A DNA stretch of 64,000 nucleotides from Candidatus Freyarchaeum deiterrae (GCA_037305845.1 CP147778.1:1408001-1472000), one strand, 5' to 3'. Positions 10,097 through 19,331 are shown, counted from the stretch's first letter. Numbers and translations: made by a program. The notes: generated by a model from the letters alone, not told the origin.

Positions 10097-10637
10097 AGCA
10101 ATAACCTTGAGACAGAGATTAACTAAGGGAATAATTCAGGCGTACTATGGTACTGGAAAAGGTAAAACCACAGCTTCGCTAGGACTAGCCTTTCGTGCCA
10201 CAGGGCACGGGTTTAAGGTACACATGATACAATTCATGAAAGGAGAAGTGAATTACGGAGAGATAAAAGCCTCTAAAAATTATCCCAACATTAAAATAAC
10301 ACAGTTCGGAAGACCGGAAATAATCGCAGAACCAGAAAAAGTTGACATAGAACAGGCAAAAGAAGCATTAGAACTAGCCAAAAAAACAATCGAAGAAGAC
10401 GAGTACGACGTTCTTATCCTAGACGAGGTGGGAGTAGCCATTGAAATGGGATTAATAAACGTCAAAGACGTTATTGAAATATTGAAAAAAAAGCCCCCAC
10501 AGATGGAAATTGTTCTTACCGGCAGATACATGCATCCCAAACTACTAGAAATTGCTGACCTAGTAACAGAGATGAGAATGGTAAAACACCCCTTCGTCAC
10601 CCAAGGATTACAAGCCAGAAAAGGCATCGACTTCTAG
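10086..10637 (+). CDS. cobO: ATP:cob(I)alamin adenosyltransferase (CobO/BtuR family)
   Basis: YYGTGKGKTTASLG, QFMKG, ILDE, LTGR, ADLVTEM..KHPF..ARKGIDF. Confidence 0.92.
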   Translation: MRSRAITLRQRLTKGIIQAYYGTGKGKTTASLGLAFRATGHGFKVHMIQFMKGEVNYGEIKASKNYPNIKITQFGRPEIIAEPEKVDIEQAKEALELAKKTIEEDEYDVLILDEVGVAIEMGLINVKDVIEILKKKPPQMEIVLTGRYMHPKLLEIADLVTEMRMVKHPFVTQGLQARKGIDF

Positions 10638-10668
10638 GAAAAATGGGTGAAGAGAAAACTTGTACTAA

Positions 10669-11439
10669 TTAGACGTGACTAACAAGCCAATCCACTATAG
10701 TCTTGAAGACTCTTTTTCTAACGGAAGGCGGAGTAAGATTGTGGTCCGCGTCAAGAATTATTAGTTCTTTTGGTTCCTTAGCCTTCTCGTACAAGGCTTT
10801 CACACCTTCTAGGGGTATTAATTCATCTTGAGCTCCTGCTACAATAAGAAGAGGCTTCGGAGAAATCTTATGCACGAGTTTTATAGGATTGTATTCTTTA
10901 GCTTCCTCTCTAAGAAGAGAGAGTAAGTTAGGATAATTTAGACCTACAACTTCTCCTGGAAGAAAGTATTCCATAGAGTTGATAGTCATTTCGAATAAAG
11001 GGTTACTAAACATCAGCTCTGTATCAAAAACAGGAGCTCTTACTGCAACCGCTTTAACATGATTATCCTCAGCTGCAAAACATATAGCCACCCCACCACC
11101 CATGCTTTCCCCGTAGAGACCTATACGGGATTTATCGACAAAATCGAGTTTGGTAAGATAATTTATAGCATTTCTGCAATCAGTTATCTCCCCCTTAAAA
11201 CTGAATGGACCCTCGAAATCAGGAGATGTACTTTCTCGATGCCCACGGAAATCAAAGCACAGGTAAACATAGCCCATTCTCGCTAGGCTCAAACCAATTT
11301 CGGTCTTGTTCGCGTCTCCTGGGAATCCGTGAAGATAGCAGACAGCGGGGAAAGGAGATTCATGGGGCGAGGAGGGTATCAATATATCACCAACAATATT
11401 TATCCCATCACTTACAAAACTTATTCGTTGGTGTTTCAA
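10669..11439 (-). CDS. Alpha/beta hydrolase
   Basis: HGFPG, FDFRGH, GESMGG nucleophile elbow, D..H triad near C-terminus. Confidence 0.88.
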   Translation of the reverse strand: MKHQRISFVSDGINIVGDILIPSSPHESPFPAVCYLHGFPGDANKTEIGLSLARMGYVYLCFDFRGHRESTSPDFEGPFSFKGEITDCRNAINYLTKLDFVDKSRIGLYGESMGGGVAICFAAEDNHVKAVAVRAPVFDTELMFSNPLFEMTINSMEYFLPGEVVGLNYPNLLSLLREEAKEYNPIKLVHKISPKPLLIVAGAQDELIPLEGVKALYEKAKEPKELIILDADHNLTPPSVRKRVFKTIVDWLVSHV

Positions 11440-11613
11440 TTTATTCGCCTGTTGATTTGGTAAATCCGAATTTGATTTTGATGTTGTGGAATATTGGCGG
11501 GTAATTTCTTAAATTTATTGTTTGGCGTAGGTTGATGAAAATAGAAATTTAAGAAAGAGGCGTTTAGGATTTATTAGTGTCTTGTGTAAAGCTTGTTGAG
11601 GATTTGGGTAGGA

Positions 11614-12144
11614 ATGGAAAACTTATCAGCTTTGGAGAGTGAGTGGTATATTCTTAACGAGATGCTTGGCGATCTGAAATCTAGGAAGATGCAAGTCCCT
11701 GTGAATGTCGTGGAGAATTTAAGGTATACTCGTTTCATAATTACGCATTACACGGAGTCCACGGAGGGAGAAACACACTCACATGAGGATTATCTTATGG
11801 ATTTAGAAGTAGCTCTAAATAATGTAAAGGCGGCACTGTTTGCTACAGCTCAGGAATTGGGTGAGGACTATGTTGCTCTATGGAAGAAGAAAATTGATGA
11901 GGCCCCACTGAATCCTCCGCCACAGCGTAAAAAGACTTTTGTTAAGGGAGTGCCTAGAGACAGCGGATTAGACTTTGTGCGTATTAGGTTTGATAGGGTT
12001 ATACCAGAATCGGAATTGACACATGTCGCCAAAAAGTATAAAGTCAGCATAGAGTTAGAGGAGAAAGAAAAAATGGCCGTTGTGTCGGGCGCTCGAGAGA
12101 ATGTTAAGGAAGCAATTCAAGAGATAGCAAAAAAATATTTATAG
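11614..12144 (+). CDS. Conserved archaeal protein (DUF2096-like)
   Basis: W.IL.EML.DL..R...VP..V...LR pattern and F.KGVPR motif recalled for this family. Confidence 0.65.
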   Translation: MENLSALESEWYILNEMLGDLKSRKMQVPVNVVENLRYTRFIITHYTESTEGETHSHEDYLMDLEVALNNVKAALFATAQELGEDYVALWKKKIDEAPLNPPPQRKKTFVKGVPRDSGLDFVRIRFDRVIPESELTHVAKKYKVSIELEEKEKMAVVSGARENVKEAIQEIAKKYL

Positions 12145-12174
12145 ATTGTTATTGGTTTCTAAATTAGATTGGTT

Positions 12175-12972
12175 TTAGGGTAATTCCTTCTCTAGTCTTT
12201 CTTTTATTTTTATGATTTGTTTTATGGATGCAGATTCGGGGGAGCTATCTAACGGTGCTTCATCGTGCAAATCCGCTTTGATTATTTCACGATCGTAGGG
12301 AATCACGGCGATAAGTTCTAGCCCCAATTCCTTGCTAGCCTTCTGCAAAAATTTAGCTTCTTCATCATCAGCAACTTTATTTCCAACTATGAAGAGTTTC
12401 TGGACGCCTAATCCTTCTGCAAGCTCTTTGATCCTTTTAGCGAGATCCAGGGAACGTGATCCAGGCTCCACAACTATTAACATGGCGTCTACTGCTTTCG
12501 CTGTTCCCCGTCCTAAGTGCTCTATCCCAGCCTCCATGTCCATAACTACTATTTCGTCTCTTTTAAGCACTATATGAGACAATAGAGCTCTTATGAGGGC
12601 GTTGCCCGGACACATACATCCTCCGCTTGGTTGTGTAACTGTACCCATTACCAGCAGCTGGACTCCATCTGGGCCTATAACCTTGAAGCGGTCTGGAATA
12701 TCAGCTACCTTAGGGTTGATTATGAAGACGCCCCCCGAAGAACCAGGCTTCGCACCTGTACGTTCCTCCACAAGTTCATTCATCTCAGAGATAGGGGTTA
12801 CTTTCTCCATGGTTTCGCGGGCAATACCCAGCGCCTTGTAAAGATTCATACTGGGATCCGCATCAATTGCAAAAACTTTTAATCCTTCTCTTCCAAAAAG
12901 GCGTGCTAAACTTCCAGCCACAGTGGTTTTTCCTACTCCTCCTTTGCCGGCTACTGCGATTTTAAGACCCAA
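12175..12972 (-). CDS. cooC: CooC/AcsF nickel-insertion ATPase for CO dehydrogenase/ACS
   Basis: GKGGVGKTT, DADP, GGCMCP, DMEAGIEHLGRGT. Confidence 0.92.
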   Translation of the reverse strand: MGLKIAVAGKGGVGKTTVAGSLARLFGREGLKVFAIDADPSMNLYKALGIARETMEKVTPISEMNELVEERTGAKPGSSGGVFIINPKVADIPDRFKVIGPDGVQLLVMGTVTQPSGGCMCPGNALIRALLSHIVLKRDEIVVMDMEAGIEHLGRGTAKAVDAMLIVVEPGSRSLDLAKRIKELAEGLGVQKLFIVGNKVADDEEAKFLQKASKELGLELIAVIPYDREIIKADLHDEAPLDSSPESASIKQIIKIKERLEKELP

Positions 12973-13142
12973 GCAATGACCTCCGGGTTGATGTTTTTCT
13001 CTTTTTGTTTTTACCAGAAGGTGGGTTTTGCTTAATAACTTTTTGAGGTTTAGGATAGGAGTGGTTAATCCTTAAGTCCGTTAAATTATTTTAGTAGAGT
13101 AGTGTTAGGATTTATGGCTTTTATGCATAGAAATGAAATTAA

Positions 13143-13610
13143 TTGTATGGTGGTCTTATGGGTCAGGAACATGGTTTTTTGAGTAGGGAGATTAGAGCAG
13201 GGATTGAAGATTTTTTGAAGGGAGATTTGAGGTTATCTGAAAGTATGAAGTTTAAACAGAAAAAAAATGAAAATGCTGTTATTGTTACCACCAATATTTA
13301 TTTAAAAGAGAAATCTGAGCTCCAAGAATTTTTTTTACATATTTCTGCTGCTGTAGAATCTATTATTAAGAAACATTTGGCGCTTAATGGTGAAATAATA
13401 AAATTAAGCGCCGAGAAGGGAACGGTTAGCGACAGGGGAGAAATTTGGTTTGAGATAGTTGAAGGAGTGGTGTTTGAGGTTTATTGCTTCACCTGTAAGT
13501 CGATAAGCTTTGTAAGAGTCCTGCATGAAAAGCAGCTCTATGGAGAAAAAAATGAGTGGATAAGTTTAGACATAGACGAGTATTTGGATTCGCAATGGTT
13601 TGAAGAGTAG
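13143..13610 (+). CDS. Hypothetical protein
   Basis: 155-aa ORF filling an intergenic gap; one CxxC; no recognised family. Confidence 0.6.
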   Translation: MYGGLMGQEHGFLSREIRAGIEDFLKGDLRLSESMKFKQKKNENAVIVTTNIYLKEKSELQEFFLHISAAVESIIKKHLALNGEIIKLSAEKGTVSDRGEIWFEIVEGVVFEVYCFTCKSISFVRVLHEKQLYGEKNEWISLDIDEYLDSQWFEE

Positions 13611-13705
13611 GGAGATTTTTACTATTGAAGTCACAAAAATTTTATTTCAAGCCCTACTCGTACGAGAATTATAATCTCTTTATTAGGAGAGGATGATATT
13701 GCTAA

Positions 13706-14713
13706 CTATTTTCTTTTCGAAGTTTTCGGTGCAGTTTTAGGTGTTACTTTCGGCTCAGGCTTGGGTGCAGTTCCGGGTTTTGGTTTTTGTTCTGTTTTCG
13801 GTATTGCTTTTGGTTCTGGCTTTGCGAGTTCATCTCCACCTAGCTCAAAGAAGAATATTCTTTCTGGTTTAAATTGTGATGGACTTGGGGCTTTTTCTAC
13901 TTTAATTTGTCCCTTGATGAGTTCTATGTCTCCTGTAAGAGGATTCATTATGAATTCTTTCTCTTCGGTTTTCCCATCATGGGATGGAATTTTTACTTTT
14001 ATTAGTCCATCTTCGAATTGCCATTCGAAAGTTATTAGTGGTTTCCATTGTCCTTGTTTTCCCATTACGTATAGTTTGGGTATCGCTTTTGGATTTTCAT
14101 GCACATCCTCCATCAACGAGCTGAGTTTCGAGAAGGTTTTTTCTGTCCCATCGGGATAGGTGGCTTTAAATGGAGGAATGTACTCTACCAGGAAAAAATT
14201 TTGTTTTTCATCAATCATGGGATAAGACATATTGGTGGCTGTGATAAGAGATGTTCCCAGTTCTAACTCGAAGTTTATGAGAAACGTTGTTTCCGCTACT
14301 TCGTACAGCTCTTCGGTAAGTTTCTGAGCGTTAAATTTGATTTCGCTCCAGCTTAGTCCAAGCTTGAAGGAAGGGGCGCCCCCCTGTTCTTCGGCTTCGG
14401 ATAAAGTTTGAATAAAGTTTTTCTCAGGTTTATTTTTGGAAACTGTTTTTTTATAAAAATCCTCTAGTTTTTTCTCATGCTCCTCATCACAGTAGAGTTC
14501 AACCATGATGTCGAGACGTTTTAATTCACCTTTTTTACCGCTCAACATATCTTGTATATCAGCTGCTTTTAACGTGTCTCTGAGCCTCTTCACCGCGCCT
14601 CCGGTGAGGGCGAGTTTTCTGTAAAGTTTTCTATGCGCGGCTATTGTGTTGTATAAGGAATCGGAAATTGGGGGACGCGTTTCCTCCAAATATAATCGTT
14701 GGGTCTTTTCCAT
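13706..14713 (-). CDS. Hypothetical protein with C-terminal Lys/Pro-rich repeats
   Basis: 335-aa ORF ending KPEPKAIPKTEQKPKPGTAPKPEPKVTPKTAPK. Confidence 0.75.
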   Translation of the reverse strand: MEKTQRLYLEETRPPISDSLYNTIAAHRKLYRKLALTGGAVKRLRDTLKAADIQDMLSGKKGELKRLDIMVELYCDEEHEKKLEDFYKKTVSKNKPEKNFIQTLSEAEEQGGAPSFKLGLSWSEIKFNAQKLTEELYEVAETTFLINFELELGTSLITATNMSYPMIDEKQNFFLVEYIPPFKATYPDGTEKTFSKLSSLMEDVHENPKAIPKLYVMGKQGQWKPLITFEWQFEDGLIKVKIPSHDGKTEEKEFIMNPLTGDIELIKGQIKVEKAPSPSQFKPERIFFFELGGDELAKPEPKAIPKTEQKPKPGTAPKPEPKVTPKTAPKTSKRK

Positions 14714-14803
14714 TTATAATCTTCTCCTGAACGGATTCTGAATCAGAAGTGTGTGTTATTAATATTATATTATGTAAGCACAAATACAAAAGTATTCTCC
14801 AAC

Positions 14804-15589
14804 TTACGCTAAAATAGACCCATAAATTACTAGGAAGATTAACATAATAGCATATGACGAAATGAACGCAGCAGTCGTAGATAGCTCGTTTACCTGCCGG
14901 ATCCCTAGCGCTATTATAAATGCCGCCCAGAGCCAGCAAGCGAACTCTATAATTGCAACAACATTCCAAACCGCGGACATGAAAACAAGGGTTATAGATA
15001 TTCCTGCCTGGAGGAGATTAGCGCCAACTGGAATAACTGTTGAAGGCAGGCTTGTAAAGAGAATTATAACGGATATAGCTCTACCTATGAGTACCGGCGT
15101 GTAAGCATAGCCGATTATTGATAAATCCCTTTTGTAGCTGCTCTTTTTTCCCACTAATTTGAACGGAAGCCAGTAGAGGAAACCAATAAACAGAAACTGA
15201 ATGAAGACCAACACAGCATTTGAGAATATTCTGCCTAAAATGGCTCCATTGCCCAAAGCACTAAGAATCCAATAATCCCCGAAAGGAAAAATATGATTCC
15301 ACCCTGCGGCATAGTAGAGGGCAAGGCCAAGGACGTTAAGCAAATATATTATAAAAGGTCCTGCAGCGTCAGGAGCTCTTGAAATATCGTAAAAGGCTTG
15401 GCTAGGGGCAATTATGGCTTTAGCTATTCGAACCGGAAAGGGCATTGCACTAATTGGTTCTTTTTCAGGCCTTTTGAGTAAAGGAAGCAGTCTCTCTAGA
15501 GTTTCTTCAGCTAACCGGTAATTACAATCCGGACAAACTTCTTCATCTGCTGCAACAAGTGCACCACACCTCGGACAACTCATGGTCAT
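14804..15589 (-). CDS. Zinc-ribbon + Yip1-like multi-pass membrane protein
   Basis: CPRCG..CPDC N-terminus; I..P..AF..I, IIGYAYTP and several hydrophobic helices typical of Yip1 domains. Confidence 0.75.
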   Translation of the reverse strand: MTMSCPRCGALVAADEEVCPDCNYRLAEETLERLLPLLKRPEKEPISAMPFPVRIAKAIIAPSQAFYDISRAPDAAGPFIIYLLNVLGLALYYAAGWNHIFPFGDYWILSALGNGAILGRIFSNAVLVFIQFLFIGFLYWLPFKLVGKKSSYKRDLSIIGYAYTPVLIGRAISVIILFTSLPSTVIPVGANLLQAGISITLVFMSAVWNVVAIIEFACWLWAAFIIALGIRQVNELSTTAAFISSYAIMLIFLVIYGSILA

Positions 15590-15844
15590 ATGAACTTCTC
15601 CATTGTTTAATGGAATATTTCGCTTTGGCTTCCCTAATCAGACTTGATGAGTTGAATTACCCTTAGATGGAAAATTTCGTTCCCAATTTAAATGAACACT
15701 GGAATCGCAGGTTTTCGGTATTTAGCCTTGAAACCAAGAGTACAAGTACTCACCATTTGTGGAGAACTTTAGTGAATTAATAGACGAGAGTGAATATATT
15801 TTTTCTGTTTATTATAAATTGGCGCCAAAACACATCTAACAGAC

Positions 15845-16492
15845 TTATTTCAAAATTTTTCCGGTTTTCATGAACCATAAGTATAGGTCTAATTCCCCAA
15901 GAGATAGACCCACCCTTTCACTCAACATTTCCAATTTTTGCTCTATTTCAAGGTATTTTTTTCTGGTCAATGTTTTAGGAATTTCACTAATTAACCCATA
16001 TTCAAGCATAACTCTTAGGATGTGCCTATCGAGTATGGCAACATTCTTAAAGCCAACATTTCTAAGAAAGTGGCTAGCCTCTTTGTAGCCTAAACCCATA
16101 ACATTCTTGACCAACCATTCTCTAGCTACCCTTTCATCAGAAAAACTAGTAATAATTTCTTTGATATTGAGAAAATCTCTTGCACAAACAATAAAATCAG
16201 CTCTTCTCTCTGAAAATCTATGACCCTCTTCCCTAAGTTTGCAACAAAGATTTTCTTGGGGCAGTCTTAAGAAATCCTCACAGTTTAGATCTCTTTGAAT
16301 TTTTAAACCAAGCTCAGCGCTAGAATACGCCGTTAAAATACAAAAACAAAGCTCCGAAAACCACTCTTCATTTCCCTTATCATGAAGCCCCTTAAAATCA
16401 CTCATCCGCTTGGAAATTTGTCCACTTACTGAACCAGCTTTCAGCACATTTACTTTCTTAACCAAATCGTCTATTCCCAAGAGGGACACCAT
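15845..16492 (-). CDS. ogg: 8-oxoguanine N-glycosylase/AP lyase (Ogg2 type)
   Basis: ELCFCILT, GLGYKEASHFLRNVG, ILDRHI, DLYLW..KTGKILK. Confidence 0.93.
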   Translation of the reverse strand: MVSLLGIDDLVKKVNVLKAGSVSGQISKRMSDFKGLHDKGNEEWFSELCFCILTAYSSAELGLKIQRDLNCEDFLRLPQENLCCKLREEGHRFSERRADFIVCARDFLNIKEIITSFSDERVAREWLVKNVMGLGYKEASHFLRNVGFKNVAILDRHILRVMLEYGLISEIPKTLTRKKYLEIEQKLEMLSERVGLSLGELDLYLWFMKTGKILK

Positions 16493-16581
16493 TACTAGAT
16501 TATAAAAAAGGAAACCCCACTTTCATCTAAAATTAATAGAAACGAACAAGTACCAAATATAATTATTTTTTGAAAATTTTT

Positions 16582-16848
16582 CTAGAATATACCAATTTCG
16601 GTTGCCACATCAATCGCATTGTTTTCTGATGAAAGTTTTACGAAGGCCTTTTTCTTACCCCCGGGAAGAATCAGGGTAGTCACTTTATCAACCTTCACAT
16701 TGTAGAGCTCTTCTACAGCCCTCTTTATACTCGTCTTATTAGCGGTTCGATACACTAGAAAAACTATCTTATTTTGGGATTCTATCAGTTCCAACGCAGA
16801 TTCCGTGGTTACAGGCCTTATTATAACCTTGTAAGGATTAAAACCCAT
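16582..16848 (-). CDS. rpl23: 50S ribosomal protein uL23
   Basis: RPVTTESA, NK..IKRAVEELY.VKV.KV, GGKKKAFVKL. Confidence 0.95.
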   Translation of the reverse strand: MGFNPYKVIIRPVTTESALELIESQNKIVFLVYRTANKTSIKRAVEELYNVKVDKVTTLILPGGKKKAFVKLSSENNAIDVATEIGIF

Positions 16849-17061
16849 TTGACTTGTCTCCTACATTATAACAATGCTCTGTAAAGCAAGAGCAGAGCCC
16901 TTAATTAAATTTTTCTTATCGAAAAGCCTTCGAACCAAATTAACCATCTACCCAAGAACACAAAAAGCCACATCTTCATATGTAGAATTACAAATTTTAG
17001 ATGTTCACCTTAACAAATAAAGACTGAAACATAAAAAGAATCGGTAGAGCATAATAGCCTC

Positions 17062-17943
17062 TTATTTTGAAGTGTTTTCGCGATACATATTCAAGACAGC
17101 TAATGCTGCTGATACTGCTTCCTCAGTTCTGACAGTTCGGGTTGCCTGGTTAGGTATAAAGTTTACCAAGAAATCCCCGATCTCCTGTGGGCTCTTTTTC
17201 TCCCTCTCAAGGAGTTCCTTTAATCCCTGATAAGGCCCGCCAAAAACTAAAATAAGTTTCCACGCATCTTTCCATCTTTCTAAAATCTTCTCCGAAACAT
17301 CCCTGAAAGCAGTACCATATTTAGAGGTTAAAATAATCAACGCCGGACGAAGCTTTTGAAGAGTCGAACCCAGAGAATCTCTAGAAATCGTAACCGAGTA
17401 CCCCCAATAATCCCGAATCTCATCCGGATTCGCCTCCTCTAAGTACAGCTCAGTATTTTTCACAACCACCTTAACGGTAACCCGGCTGTTCATTGGTAAA
17501 TTCGCCCCTATGAGTCTCTGAGGTTGCTCCACCCCAATATCCACCAAAGTCCCTTCTGAATCATTCACAACAACCACACCCTCTCTAAACTCTCCATTAC
17601 GCAAATCCGTTTTCCTACTCTGAAGAGGGTGATGAGGAGATGCAAGGGGGGGAAGAACCCCCGCGTACTTCAAAAGAGGTGACGGAGGAAAAAGACGTTT
17701 CTTTAAATACTGAGGCGCCTCCATATAATCCAAAATCTTCTTAATCAGAATCAAATCCTCTCTCTGCTCACTATAACTATGATCCGCATAAAGCAAAATC
17801 TCAGATACCCTAAAAATAGCAGCCAAACGCCCCACCTGCCCCACCTTCAGAGTTTTAAGCCTCAAATTCGGCGCATCCGAAATCAAAGAACCGGGAAGAA
17901 CAAGTTTAATATCCAAATATTTCAATCTAGGCAACTCTAACAC
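17062..17943 (-). CDS. SPOUT-class RNA methyltransferase (MTH1/SPOUT1 family)
   Basis: PQYLKK.LF, AGVLPPL..PHH, DYWGY, VFGGP, PNQATRTVRTEEA. Confidence 0.9.
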   Translation of the reverse strand: MLELPRLKYLDIKLVLPGSLISDAPNLRLKTLKVGQVGRLAAIFRVSEILLYADHSYSEQREDLILIKKILDYMEAPQYLKKRLFPPSPLLKYAGVLPPLASPHHPLQSRKTDLRNGEFREGVVVVNDSEGTLVDIGVEQPQRLIGANLPMNSRVTVKVVVKNTELYLEEANPDEIRDYWGYSVTISRDSLGSTLQKLRPALIILTSKYGTAFRDVSEKILERWKDAWKLILVFGGPYQGLKELLEREKKSPQEIGDFLVNFIPNQATRTVRTEEAVSAALAVLNMYRENTSK

Positions 17944-18078
17944 ACCAAAAACTTTTCATCAACACATTATATTCTCCACTAACAAAAAGTTATATGCTTG
18001 ACTCAAGCTAAGCCGAACTAAACAAAAGAAAAGCAAAAGCCCTACTTTCACACTCAGAAGTTGAAAATTACAGAAAAA

Positions 18079-18291
18079 TGGTGGGGACGGAGAGATTTCC
18101 AAGGAGAAACAGAGTTTCCCATTTTGAACTCCCGACTAACAGGTTTCTTCAGCTCACTGCTCCAGAAGTTCATCATCTTCTGGTCAGCAAACCTGATTAT
18201 TATCATTGCCTCTGGAGCCTGCCGTGCTTCTTAGCCGAGTTCAGAACAACCAAACTATTGTCCCGAACAACTCTGACTACACTACGTCCCC
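18079..18291 (-). tRNA. tRNA-Trp(CCA) with three BHB introns: 18/19 (18272-18231), 37/38 (18211-18145), 59/60 (18122-18096)
   Basis: Acceptor GGGGACG/CGTCCCC-A-CCA; removing the three introns restores D-loop AGTCAGGAA, anticodon stem GCAGG/CCTGT with loop CTCCAGA, and T-loop TTCAAAT. Confidence 0.92.
18145..18211 (-). ncRNA. Intron-encoded box C/D guide sRNA in tRNA-Trp (predicted Cm34 and Cm39)
   Basis: Box C ATGATAA, D' CTGA, C' ATGATGA, D GTGA; guides CAGGTTT and TCTGGAGC are complementary to the host pre-tRNA with D+5 on C39 and C34. Confidence 0.85.
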
Positions 18292-18544
18292 ACCGAAATG
18301 GGTTAGGCAGCAACACACCAAACATGGTGCGTGTAAAAATGATAAGTGCAAGAATTACATAAAGTTTTTGTTTCCCTCCTCTTTTGCCTCTCAAACCCCG
18401 CACACCTAATTTCAGAACACAAAACCATTACAATAAACCATAAAACATCAAACCAGTAAGCAATAAAAAGCCACAAAAATCAAAAAAGTCCAAAAATAAA
18501 CAAACACACAAAACCGCAAAAAAAACACGAAATTAGGAATGCGG

Positions 18545-18689
18545 CGTCGCTGTTCCGTGTTCGGTAAGAGAACGGGTGATCCCCATGCACTATGACCGGC
18601 ACCGAGGCGCCAGCATTCGGTTTTTCCGCTCCCTCGCGGAGAGCAGTACTCACAGAATCGTACATGAGCTTAACTTTCACGCAGCGACG
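18545..18689 (-). other. BHB processing stem flanking the permuted 5S rRNA
   Basis: Outer helix CGTCGCTG (18689-18682)/CAGCGACG (18552-18545), 4-bp helix CGTG/CACG, 3-nt bulges AAA and GAA. Confidence 0.85.
18554..18675 (-). rRNA. rrf: 5S rRNA, circularly permuted gene (3' half 18675-18606, TC linker, 5' half 18603-18554)
   Basis: Helix I GGTGCCGG/CTGGCGCC, helix II GTGCATGGG/CTCATGTAC, loop C CCGAAC, loop E AGTA and GCGA-capped helix IV are all present but in permuted order. Confidence 0.92.
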
Positions 18690-18713
18690 TCTATCTCTCA
18701 CATAACAAACGGA

Positions 18714-18721
18714 AATATAAA
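18714..18721 (-). promoter_or_regulatory. TATA box for permuted 5S precursor
   Basis: AGAAATG-TTTATATT about 25 nt upstream of the start of the processing stem. Confidence 0.65.
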
Positions 18722-18997
18722 CATTTCTAAGCAATAACAAACAATATACACACCCTCAAACTACAGGCATAAACACAAAAACATCATCATAAAAACACGT
18801 TAAATTACAAAGAAAAAAAACAAGTATGGCCGGTTGAAAACAATAATGATATTCTTATGAAAGTAGTAGCCTTGCAGATACAAATACGACTTAATCCACA
18901 CATCCTCCGCAAAAATTAACCAACTAGAGACAGCGTTCAACAAATGAACAGAAAAATTTATATTTTAAAGTTAATTCTAATCAAACACACAGAATGC

Positions 18998-19132
18998 GCC
19001 CAAGTGGTGTAGCCCGGTCTATCATCGCGGCCTGTCACGTCGTGGACACAAAAACGATGGTTTAGTGGCGGGAACCCGAGGCCAAAAAACAAAGGTTTTA
19101 TGGCGGGAATTCAAATCTCGGCTTGGGCGCCA
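18998..19132 (+). tRNA. tRNA-Asp(GTC) with two BHB introns: 45/46 (19046-19073) and 53/54 (19081-19109)
   Basis: Acceptor GCCCAAG/CTTGGGC-G-CCA; anticodon GTC 19034-19036; BHB helices TCGT/GCGG and CCCG/CGGG with 3-nt bulges; upstream TTTATATT at 18957. Confidence 0.92.
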
Positions 19133-19331
19133 ACACTTCTTCTATAAAGCAGTTTCCAATTATTGAGGATTTTTTAGGTTTTCCATTTTTAGATATGAAA
19201 TAGCTCTGCTGTGATTTTTAAAAAAATAATTATGTGATCTATGAATGAGTAGAGGAGGTTAAGCTCGGAACTCAGAAAGGGAAAAAAAATATAAATCTCC
19301 ATAGGCTATCTTAGGATGCTCTGAAAAATGT

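Noticed and set aside
18078-18740. Short ORFs 18078-18362, 18203-18403, 18206-18409, 18480-18740
   Set aside because: They overlap the tRNA-Trp and permuted 5S genes and show no protein motifs
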